Assembly: GCA_964346945.1 (NCBI GenBank)
Contig: CAYFXL010000001.1
Coordinates: 626 to 64,625 of the forward strand
Length of the DNA: 64,000 nt
Direction of reading: 5' to 3'
From: an uncultured Syntrophobacterales bacterium
Lineage (GTDB): Bacteria; Desulfobacterota; BSN033; WVXP01; G020346125
The notes beneath the pieces are model-generated. The model worked only from the letters and a program-made list of their open reading frames with translations, did not search any database and was not told the origin of the DNA. The position numbers and the translations under genes were made by a program. Positions within the stretch are counted from its first letter, which is position 1. Each line of letters opens with the position of its first letter. Below, in pieces: positions 51,228 through 58,378 of the stretch.

Positions 51228-51860
51228 TTGGTCAATCCCATAAAAAGCAATTCTTTCCAACGGCGCTACCTTCTCTCAATCTGGATGATGTACATCTGCT
51301 CCGGCCTCTTACTTGCCGCCTCACACTGGAAAGGTCTCATCGAGGTTCCTCGAATGGAACCTAGTGAGCAGTTCCGAAGTGAAGAGGAGATCTTTCATGT
51401 TCTCCAGCGCTTCAGGACCGGTCTCCCTCGGGCCGAGCAAAAGAAGCTTGCTTGGCTCATCCTCAAGGAGAGCCGCAAATACGGGCACGACTATCGACTG
51501 ATCCTGGCCATAATCAAAACGGAGAGCTCCTTCAAATATAAAGCCACATCACCAAAAGGCGCAAAAGGGCTCATGCAGATCAAGCCCCATGTAGGTCAGG
51601 CAATCGCTAAGGATATCGACATCGGGTGGGATGGAGATGAAACCCTCTTCAACCCCCATCTCAACGTAAAGATTGGCCTCTACTACCTATCTAGGCTCCT
51701 GCTCCGCTTCGGCGATCTCAAGGTGGCCTTGACGGCCTACAATTTTGGCCCCACTTTTGTTCGCAAACGATTGAAATCGAATCGAAAACTACCCTCCCTG
51801 TATACCAAAAAGGTGATGGAGGCCTACCAAGAATTCTCCCAACCCTCAAAGGGAACGTAG
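51228..51860 (+). CDS. Lytic transglycosylase (SLT domain), secreted or membrane-anchored
   Basis: IIKTESSF (catalytic Glu), GLMQI and LTAYNFGP motifs. The track start at 51183 lies inside the terminator. The TTG at 51228 gives a signal-like N-terminus; the ATG at 51285 is the alternative. Confidence 0.85.
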   Translation: MVNPIKSNSFQRRYLLSIWMMYICSGLLLAASHWKGLIEVPRMEPSEQFRSEEEIFHVLQRFRTGLPRAEQKKLAWLILKESRKYGHDYRLILAIIKTESSFKYKATSPKGAKGLMQIKPHVGQAIAKDIDIGWDGDETLFNPHLNVKIGLYYLSRLLLRFGDLKVALTAYNFGPTFVRKRLKSNRKLPSLYTKKVMEAYQEFSQPSKGT

Positions 51861-51962
51861 CCCCTGCTGCCCGTGGGAAAAAACCTGGCAACACGTCCAT
51901 AGATGTGATAGGGTTATCTGTGTGGTTTCGCCTCAACGGAATATCCCCTGGGGAGTCTCTGA

Positions 51963-52868
51963 ATGATCTACTCGCCTCGATATATCAAATTGCATGAAAA
52001 TGGCGAGTTAACCAAAAGGATTCACGCCCTCGACGAAATTCTCGCCCAATGTAGACTTTGCCCACGGCGTTGCGGAGTCAACCGAATCCAAGGGGAGTTG
52101 GGCTATTGCAAGGCGGGAAGTGACTTAATGGTCTCAAGCGTATTTCCCCATTTCGGGGAGGAGGCCCCTCTGGTGGGATATCATGGCTCGGGAACCATCT
52201 TTCTCACTCACTGCAATCTTCGCTGCGTATTCTGCCAGAATGATGATATTAGCCACCGGGGCAGAGGGGAAAAAACATCCCCTTCCCAAATGGCGAACTA
52301 TATGATGAGGCTACAGGAACTGAAATGTCACAACATCAATTTCGTCACCCCTACCCACTACGTTCCACAAATCGTGGCCTCCCTTTCCGAGGCCATCGAT
52401 CTGGGTTTGCACCTTCCCTTGGTTTACAATTGCTCGGGATACGAATCCCTCGAGGTGATCAAGCTTCTGGACGGGATTATGGACATTTATATGCCCGATG
52501 CGAAGTACGCGGGGGAAGAGCCGGCGAAACGATTCTCCAATGCCCCGGATTACCCCCCCGTTCTGAAGGAAGTCCTCAGGGAGATGCACCGCCAGGTGGG
52601 GGATCTCCACATGAACAAAAACGGAATCGCGGAAAGGGGCCTCCTGATCAGGCACCTGGTTATGCCCGAGGATTTGGCCGGAACCGAGGACCTCATGAAG
52701 TTCATCGCGGAGGAAATTTCCCGAGACTCCTACGTCAACATCATGCAACAATATCGCCCCCAATACAAGAGTTACGATTACCCCGAACTCCGCCGGCCTA
52801 TCACCTACGGGGAGTATTTGCATGCCGTTAAGGCCGCAAAGAACTTCGGCCTTCACAGGGGTTTTTGA
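51963..52868 (+). CDS. Radical SAM protein, PflX-like (homologue of pyruvate formate-lyase activating enzymes)
   Basis: CRLCPRRC near the N-terminus; FLTHCNLRCVFCQN radical SAM cluster; about 300 aa. Confidence 0.8.
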   Translation: MIYSPRYIKLHENGELTKRIHALDEILAQCRLCPRRCGVNRIQGELGYCKAGSDLMVSSVFPHFGEEAPLVGYHGSGTIFLTHCNLRCVFCQNDDISHRGRGEKTSPSQMANYMMRLQELKCHNINFVTPTHYVPQIVASLSEAIDLGLHLPLVYNCSGYESLEVIKLLDGIMDIYMPDAKYAGEEPAKRFSNAPDYPPVLKEVLREMHRQVGDLHMNKNGIAERGLLIRHLVMPEDLAGTEDLMKFIAEEISRDSYVNIMQQYRPQYKSYDYPELRRPITYGEYLHAVKAAKNFGLHRGF

Positions 52869-53747
52869 TTGAATCCCGAGGAACTTTGGCGAGAGGTGAA
52901 AAGGCTGGGGAGGGAACTCGAGGCCCTTCGCCATGAGGTCATGGCCCTCAGGAAAAACCTACCGGCGCAGACCCCGATAAAAAATGTCCTCAAGGAGAGA
53001 GGGCTTAAGGTCTTCCGGCAGAATCCCGCCGAAAAACTTCTCTTCCCCCAGGAAATCTCTCCCGGGATGAAAACCCGGTTCTACGAATTGTTGAAACGTT
53101 ACTCGTTCAGGCTCTTCCTGAGAGACATGACAAAGAAAAGCCAGGGCTTTCGAATCGGGGATCTGGTGCGATACGTCTCACCCGAAGTCGCTGACCAATA
53201 CATTCAGTTTCTCTTGTTAGTGGACAGCATCGAGGAGATAGGGCGGGGCGAGTTCCGGATTCGAAATACCGCCATCACCAGTTTCGGACCCACCCTCGAA
53301 TGGTTTGTAGCGGAGATCTTTAAGAGAGAGTTCGCCTCTCCAGCCATATACGGGGTTCATTTTAAGAACACCAAGTCGGGGGGAGACTTTGACGTCATCG
53401 CTCGATGGGGAAGAAGGCTGGTCTACGTAGAGGTAAAATCTTCACCGCCTAAGGGGATCGAGATCAATGAAGTCAGTGCCTTCTTTTCTCGCATTGATGA
53501 TCTGATACCAGATGTGGCAATGTTCTTCAACGATACTCAATTGAGGATGAAGGACAAGGTTGTAGTCCTCTTCCAGGAGGAGCTTGCGAACCGTTACGGG
53601 CTTGAAGCTGATCAGACCCATCCCGTGATGAGACTTATGGACGAATTATTTCACATTCATGACCGTATCTTTATCGTCAACAGCAGGAAGGATGTGGTCC
53701 TCAACCTCGGCACATGTCTGAATCATTTCCTTCGAGAGAGAATATAA
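52869..53747 (+). CDS. Hypothetical protein: coiled coil, winged-helix-like region and PD-(D/E)xK nuclease-like C-domain
   Basis: GGDFDVIARWGRRLVYVEVKSS fits D...(D/E)xK. The TTG start immediately follows the PflX-like stop codon. No family recognised. Confidence 0.55.
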   Translation: MNPEELWREVKRLGRELEALRHEVMALRKNLPAQTPIKNVLKERGLKVFRQNPAEKLLFPQEISPGMKTRFYELLKRYSFRLFLRDMTKKSQGFRIGDLVRYVSPEVADQYIQFLLLVDSIEEIGRGEFRIRNTAITSFGPTLEWFVAEIFKREFASPAIYGVHFKNTKSGGDFDVIARWGRRLVYVEVKSSPPKGIEINEVSAFFSRIDDLIPDVAMFFNDTQLRMKDKVVVLFQEELANRYGLEADQTHPVMRLMDELFHIHDRIFIVNSRKDVVLNLGTCLNHFLRERI

Positions 53748-53761
53748 AGATCTGTGAAAAA

Positions 53762-53936
53762 GGAGCTCTGAGCGCGAATGAAGATTTTTTCGTAACCATT
53801 CTTAGTGACGCGAAACGGCCGCAAACTCAATGTTTGAGGCTGAAAGGCGAGTTTTGAGTTTGCAGTGAAGCAAACTTTAGAATGGTCGAAAAAATATTTT
53901 TGAGCAGCGAAGAGCGAGTTTTTTAGGGATCTCATA
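53762..53936 (+). repeat. Dispersed intergenic repeat, copy B (full length)
   Basis: Collinear with minus-strand copy C over about 175 nt, e.g. cattcttagtgacgcgaaacggccgcaaactcaatgtttgaggctgaaaggc versus cattcttcgtgaagcgaaacggccgtaaatccaatgtctgagactgaagggc. Its ends are shared with copies A and D. Confidence 0.8.
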
Positions 53937-54156
53937 TGGGCTAGGAAGACTGCAAATCCCTTGGAGGACCTCAATTGTCTTTCAACTCATGAGCTCATCC
54001 AATGTTGCGGGAAAGCCTGAATATATCCCATCCATGAGTGCTGCTCTATGTGACCACATACATATTTGCATAGGGGAAAGGATAAAGACAAATTCTCAAT
54101 ACCGATTTCTAAACCCTAAACAAATGCAAAGCACTGACGATCAAATGACCAATACG

Positions 54157-54279
54157 TTGAGGATTTAGATTTTTGTATTGAGGATTTGGAGCCACACGAC
54201 TTTAGGATTTAGTCCTTAGGCTCGCGACGAGGAGTTCGGCTGAGACTCCCTTCGGGGCTGAGTCGATTTAGGATTTAAC
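54157..54279 (+). repeat. Four direct copies of T[GT]AGGATTT[AG][GA]
   Basis: ttgaggatttag (54157), ttgaggatttgg (54178), tttaggatttag (54201), tttaggatttaa (54267). The first three are spaced 21-23 nt apart. They lie in a 575-nt spacer between convergent genes. Confidence 0.6.
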
Positions 54280-54322
54280 CCCTGTCTGAATTATGCGCAA
54301 CTCTGTACGACGCTACCAATAA

Positions 54323-55156
54323 TCAGCCCCGTAAAACTAATTCAAGGATATCCTTTATCCCTCCAGGGGCCTGAGTGAAGGGAATCGGGGTGAAGGAGAG
54401 AATGAAGAGGGAAAAAACAATACCCCCCAGAATCTTTCGCCTCAAATCCAGTGGGGTGGTATCGTCTAAAGGCGGGGGGTGGCGAAGGCCAAAGAGGAGG
54501 ACTAAAACGATCATGAGAGTCCATCCCACGTAAAAGAAGATGCTGATTCCCATCCATAGCATCATGGTAAAACCGAATATGATTTTGCTTTTCCTACCGA
54601 ACAGGGCATAGATAATATGCCCTCCGTCCAACTGACCCACCGGGAGGAGGTTTAATGCAGTGACGAATAATCCCACCCAGCCGGCATAGGCAACGGGGTG
54701 AAGGAGTAGGTCATAGCCCTCCGGCAAATCCCCAAGGACCAGCTTCTCGACCACAACGAACAGCAACGAATCCCCAAGATGAAAGAGATGATCCTGGCTC
54801 TGGGCCAGAAGGACGGGCTTGGACAGCAGCAATCCAATAATGATGGCGGGAAGGGTGATGAGCAACCCCATCAAAGGTCCCGTCACCCCGACATCGAATA
54901 ATGCCTTTCGGGACCTCATCCTCCCCTGCATCTTGATGATGGCCCCGAAGGTGCCAAAAGGAGGAATGGGTACGGGCAAAAAGTAGGGCAGGCTTGCAGG
55001 CACCCCATGCCTCCTGCTCATGAGGAAGTGACCCATCTCATGCGCAAGGAGAATGGAGATCAAGGAAAGTGAATACCATCCCCCCCCGATCAGATAGGTG
55101 GAAACGACCGTCAAGGCGAAGAGCAGGATGTTCACAAACTTTCCCCTCATCTTCAC
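54323..55156 (-). CDS. Site-2 protease family (peptidase M50) membrane metalloprotease
   Basis: HEMGHFLMSRRHG (HExxH) in TM1-2; LLPVGQLDGGHI second motif; polytopic. Confidence 0.88.
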   Translation of the reverse strand: MKMRGKFVNILLFALTVVSTYLIGGGWYSLSLISILLAHEMGHFLMSRRHGVPASLPYFLPVPIPPFGTFGAIIKMQGRMRSRKALFDVGVTGPLMGLLITLPAIIIGLLLSKPVLLAQSQDHLFHLGDSLLFVVVEKLVLGDLPEGYDLLLHPVAYAGWVGLFVTALNLLPVGQLDGGHIIYALFGRKSKIIFGFTMMLWMGISIFFYVGWTLMIVLVLLFGLRHPPPLDDTTPLDLRRKILGGIVFSLFILSFTPIPFTQAPGGIKDILELVLRG

Positions 55157-55159
55157 CCC

Positions 55160-55255
55160 TCATTTCCTCTTTCTTTTGTATCGGGTCTTATCCAGGAGCT
55201 TTTTGTGTTTGTGTTTTCGAATCTTCTTCCTGCGCTTTTTGACGACGCTCCCCAT
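55160..55255 (-). CDS. bS22-like / AURKAIP1-COX24-domain micro-protein (31 aa)
   Basis: Not in the ORF track. Translates to MGSVVKKRRKKIRKHKHKKLLDKTRYKRKRK, closely resembling mycobacterial bS22 ([33 protein letters not shown], recalled from memory). GGAAGGA lies upstream. The stop is 3 nt from the M50 start. Confidence 0.75.
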   Translation of the reverse strand: MGSVVKKRRKKIRKHKHKKLLDKTRYKRKRK

Positions 55256-55362
55256 TTTCCATCCTTCCTAGACGCAACTATTGGATTACTCCTGGGACTA
55301 AATAAGCCCCGCTTCCCTCCCGAGGAGATTTCCCCGAGTCGAAATCCGGGATCAATGGGTTC

Positions 55363-55596
55363 TCAATCCACGACGACGTTGGTCTGGGTCCTCAGCACCC
55401 CGGATATATTCTGGATCTTGGTGACGATGAAGTCCCCCAGCAGGTTCACATCGGAAGCCTCAACAAGGGCAATCACGTCATATGGACCCGTGGTGGCGTT
55501 AGATCGCTGAACGCCGGGGATCCGCCTCACCTCATCGGCGACTTCCCTTGCAGCCCCTGCAGTGCATTCGATAAAGACATAGGCTGATATGGGCAT
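55363..55596 (-). CDS. Stand-alone Lrp/AsnC-type ligand-binding (RAM) domain protein
   Basis: MPISAYVFIECTAGAAREVADEVRRIPGVQRSNATTGPYDVIALVEA.. The ATG at 55596 has AAAGGAGA upstream. There is no HTH domain. Confidence 0.75.
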   Translation of the reverse strand: MPISAYVFIECTAGAAREVADEVRRIPGVQRSNATTGPYDVIALVEASDVNLLGDFIVTKIQNISGVLRTQTNVVVD

Positions 55597-55643
55597 GTAC
55601 AAGTCTCCTTTCTTCATGGAACCAAGGCTCCCCAAAATACCGC

Positions 55644-55850
55644 CTATTTTCCCTCCAATTTACCCCGCACCAGTAAAAAGAGGGCAAAGGTGATTGCGAA
55701 AAGAAGGCATGTATCGGTGAATCGCAAATAGGCGGCGGGAGTAAGGCCAGCGGCTGTAGTCTGCGCCAATCTACTTATGATGCCAATGACGATACTGATG
55801 ATTGCTAAAGCGGTGGCAATAGCCATGAGGACCTGCACGAATCCCTTCAT
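55644..55850 (-). CDS. Small two-TM membrane protein (68 aa)
   Basis: Two hydrophobic helices. Strong SD AGGAGGTG lies 9 nt upstream of the ATG. Confidence 0.6.
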   Translation of the reverse strand: MKGFVQVLMAIATALAIISIVIGIISRLAQTTAAGLTPAAYLRFTDTCLLFAITFALFLLVRGKLEGK

Positions 55851-55889
55851 TAACCCTTCACCTCCTTTCCATCGGGCCTAGGGATAATC

Positions 55890-56672
55890 CTACCTCACCA
55901 CTTTGAGCTCCTTATTCCCCATCGAATCCAGAGCGTGAGAGAGCAATCCCTCGACATCCCTCTTCAGATCCCCTTCCTTCTCAACCCGGTAAATAACGCA
56001 TTTGAACGATTTAAGCCCTTCGTGCAACAGAAATCTCCTCATCACCTCCTCTAGCTTTCGGATCTCCGACTCCTGCTCATGGGCAATAGACATGCGAATC
56101 TCATCGTCCCCATATCTCTCGAAGACATCCCCATTCTTGAGGCGGACACCCCTCTCACAAATCCCCGCAATGGACGCCCTATCACCCTTCAGGAAGACAA
56201 CTGAGATAGAATGATAGCTACCCTCCTTCGAGCTCAACAATTTCAGCGCCTCCTTGAACCTGAGGTTGTTCTCTTGACTTCGATACAGAGTCTGAAGTCT
56301 CCACCGCTCCTGTTCCGACTGCCTCTTTATCCTCTCAATAGCCCTCACGTTGAATTCGAAGCTGGAATAATAGTTCTTAAAGGCGAACGCCAATTCATCG
56401 ATCTTCTTGTCCCTCACAGGGCTCCTCCTGGCAGCTCTCCTATATTTCCCTTTGAGTAACTGCTGAACAGCCCTGATCTCCGCTAATCGATCCCTGATCT
56501 CTTTGTATTGGCGCCTCACCCGGGCAACCACGTCCGGCGGAAAAGGTTTTCCCGGAGCAACCATTTTGCATTTATCCCGAAAATCATCATAAATATCGCT
56601 CAAAAAGCGGCAGTTCATATCGATATTGTTTTCCAAGCTCACCACATACCGCCTGATCTTTAAATCTTCCAT
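55890..56672 (-). CDS. Hypothetical protein (260 aa), no recognisable family
   Basis: GAGGT lies 6 nt upstream of the ATG. Own promoter with extended -10. Charged helical N-half and mixed C-half. Confidence 0.6.
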   Translation of the reverse strand: MEDLKIRRYVVSLENNIDMNCRFLSDIYDDFRDKCKMVAPGKPFPPDVVARVRRQYKEIRDRLAEIRAVQQLLKGKYRRAARRSPVRDKKIDELAFAFKNYYSSFEFNVRAIERIKRQSEQERWRLQTLYRSQENNLRFKEALKLLSSKEGSYHSISVVFLKGDRASIAGICERGVRLKNGDVFERYGDDEIRMSIAHEQESEIRKLEEVMRRFLLHEGLKSFKCVIYRVEKEGDLKRDVEGLLSHALDSMGNKELKVVR

Positions 56673-56705
56673 TCCATTACCTCAACCTCATCCTCGCTCA
56701 GGACA

Positions 56706-56732
56706 ATTATACCACATGAGCACGTTTTTCAA
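56706..56732 (-). promoter_or_regulatory. Extended -10 promoter for the 56672-54323 minus-strand operon
   Basis: Minus strand reads TTGAAA, 15 nt (ending TGG), then TATAAT. This is a perfect -10 element with a TGn extension, about 30 nt upstream of the ATG. Confidence 0.55.
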
Positions 56733-57209
56733 TATAAAATCCGCCGTTCGAGTTTCCCCTTTTTCTTGGGGGAACTCCGTTGTTCCTGTGCGTGATCTGC
56801 TGGACGAAGGTGAACAGGTTTCGTCGTGAGTCTTCGACTCTGATTTCCATTTGGCCCTTCACGGTTATTCCTCAGCCTCCTACCTCTCAGCCTTGACCTG
56901 CTGGGGGGTAACAGGCCACGAACCATAGGGCGAAGGAACGAGGAAGTCCCGCACTGAAATAGCTCATTCTCAATAAAATGAAAAAGTCAAAAAATATTTC
57001 CTATAAAACCCAGGAACCTTTGGAATCCCCCCCGAATCTTGCAGGGGCCCTAACCCACTATGGAGGAGGGTTTCAAGAGCTGCCGTACTGTACAACTTTT
57101 GGGAAATGACCTTTCAGGGGGGGCTGTATTGGGGTAAAAAGGGGGTCAATCCGCAAAGGAGAGAAAAGAACTGGTCAGGGGGACCTAAGAATCCCACTCG
57201 GTCTTCTCT

Positions 57210-57617
57210 TCAGTCCGCCAAAAATCGGTGAGCCTTCATGAGCTTATCCCGTATCGGCTGATCGGCTTCCGGCATGGAAAGGCCTCTGAGTTCTTCCATT
57301 CCCACCCACCGATACTCTTGACATGCCAAGGCTTTCGGAGTTCCTTCCTCCAATTCGCACCAGTAACCAAGGAGCAGAACGGCATACCTCTCATATCGAT
57401 GGTAAACAACCTCCAAAATTTCTCCCACCTTGACCCCAATATCCAGCTCCTCCGAAAGTTCCCTTTTCAAACATGCCTTGGGGTCCTCATCCGATTCCAT
57501 CTTCCCTCCGGGAAACTCCCAGAGAAAGCCTCTATGGGATTGGAGAGGGCGTTTAGCTACCAACACCCTGCCTTCTTGGATAACGATTCCGGCTGTAACG
57601 ATTTTGAGCTTATTCAT
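57210..57617 (-). CDS. mutT: NUDIX hydrolase, MutT-like (8-oxo-dGTP diphosphatase family)
   Basis: Nudix box GGKMESDEDPKACLKRELSEELDI. The start overlaps the GGDEF stop (ATGA). Confidence 0.85.
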   Translation of the reverse strand: MNKLKIVTAGIVIQEGRVLVAKRPLQSHRGFLWEFPGGKMESDEDPKACLKRELSEELDIGVKVGEILEVVYHRYERYAVLLLGYWCELEEGTPKALACQEYRWVGMEELRGLSMPEADQPIRDKLMKAHRFLAD

Positions 57618-58363
57618 ACGTGCACATTCGCACTCTTTGCAAAGAACCTTCCCTCCATGGCGATTTGATTTCGACCATTCCTCTTCGCGTGGTAGAGGGC
57701 CTCATCCGCTGCTCTGATCAAGTCCTCCATGGTCTCCATTCCACCCAAGAAGCAGGAGCCCCCCATGCTGACGGTGACCTTCCCCATGGGCTGTAACTCC
57801 TCATTGGGGAACGGAGCCTCCTCGATGGCTCTTCGAATCCTTTCAGCAACCTCCTCCATCTGTTTCAGGTCCGCATGGAGCAGGATTATTGCGAACTCCT
57901 CACCTCCATAACGACCGACGATATCCGTCTCCCGAACAGCTCCATTGATCAGTCTCGCGACCTTCTTGAGGGCATCATCCCCGGCCAAATGGCCGTTGTT
58001 GTCGTTGTAGATCTTGAAGTGATCGATATCGAGCATGATCAATGAAATGGAAAGCCCGTACCGCTTCGCCCTCTCGAATTCATAGTGGAGGCGGCTCATG
58101 AGATAGCGATGATTATAGATCGCGGTCAAGCCATCGGTTATGGAAACCTCCTCGAGTTTTTCCATAGCAGCCCTCAACTCACGGGCCTTTCCCTTATACA
58201 GCTCCTTCAGAGCAACGAGCTCCCGATTATAATTCTCCAATTCCCGATTCTTCTCCTCACAGCGGCGTCTCCACTCACCAATTTCTCTCTCCTTCGTGAG
58301 GGATTCCTCTTCCAATCTCCGAATCCTAGCTTCAAGGCTCTCGTGATCAGCTTTTTGGGTCAT
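57614..58363 (-). CDS. Diguanylate cyclase (GGDEF domain) with N-terminal coiled coil only
   Basis: DGLTAIYNHRY..DIDHFKIYND..GRYGGEEFAIIL. The GGEEF active site is intact. Confidence 0.9.
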   Translation of the reverse strand: MTQKADHESLEARIRRLEEESLTKEREIGEWRRRCEEKNRELENYNRELVALKELYKGKARELRAAMEKLEEVSITDGLTAIYNHRYLMSRLHYEFERAKRYGLSISLIMLDIDHFKIYNDNNGHLAGDDALKKVARLINGAVRETDIVGRYGGEEFAIILLHADLKQMEEVAERIRRAIEEAPFPNEELQPMGKVTVSMGGSCFLGGMETMEDLIRAADEALYHAKRNGRNQIAMEGRFFAKSANVHV

Positions 58364-58378
58364 CTCCCCCCCGATGCA

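Noticed and set aside
53989-54168. 59-codon plus-strand ORF in the convergent spacer (MSSSNVAGKPEYIPSMSAALCDHIHICIGERIK...).
   Set aside because: There is no SD or promoter. It ends inside the AGGATTT repeat array and resembles no family. Kept only as a possibility to test by Ribo-seq.
53937-54322. dif/XerCD site or tmRNA in the convergent spacer.
   Set aside because: No 28-bp dif-like dyad (…ATAA-TGTATA-TTAT…) was found. There is no tRNA-like 5'/3' pairing and no alanine-resume tag reading frame ending in LAA.
56729-56926. 65-aa minus-strand ORF (MVRGLLPPSRSRLRGRRLRNNREG...).
   Set aside because: Extremely basic, with no hydrophobic core, no SD and no recognisable family.
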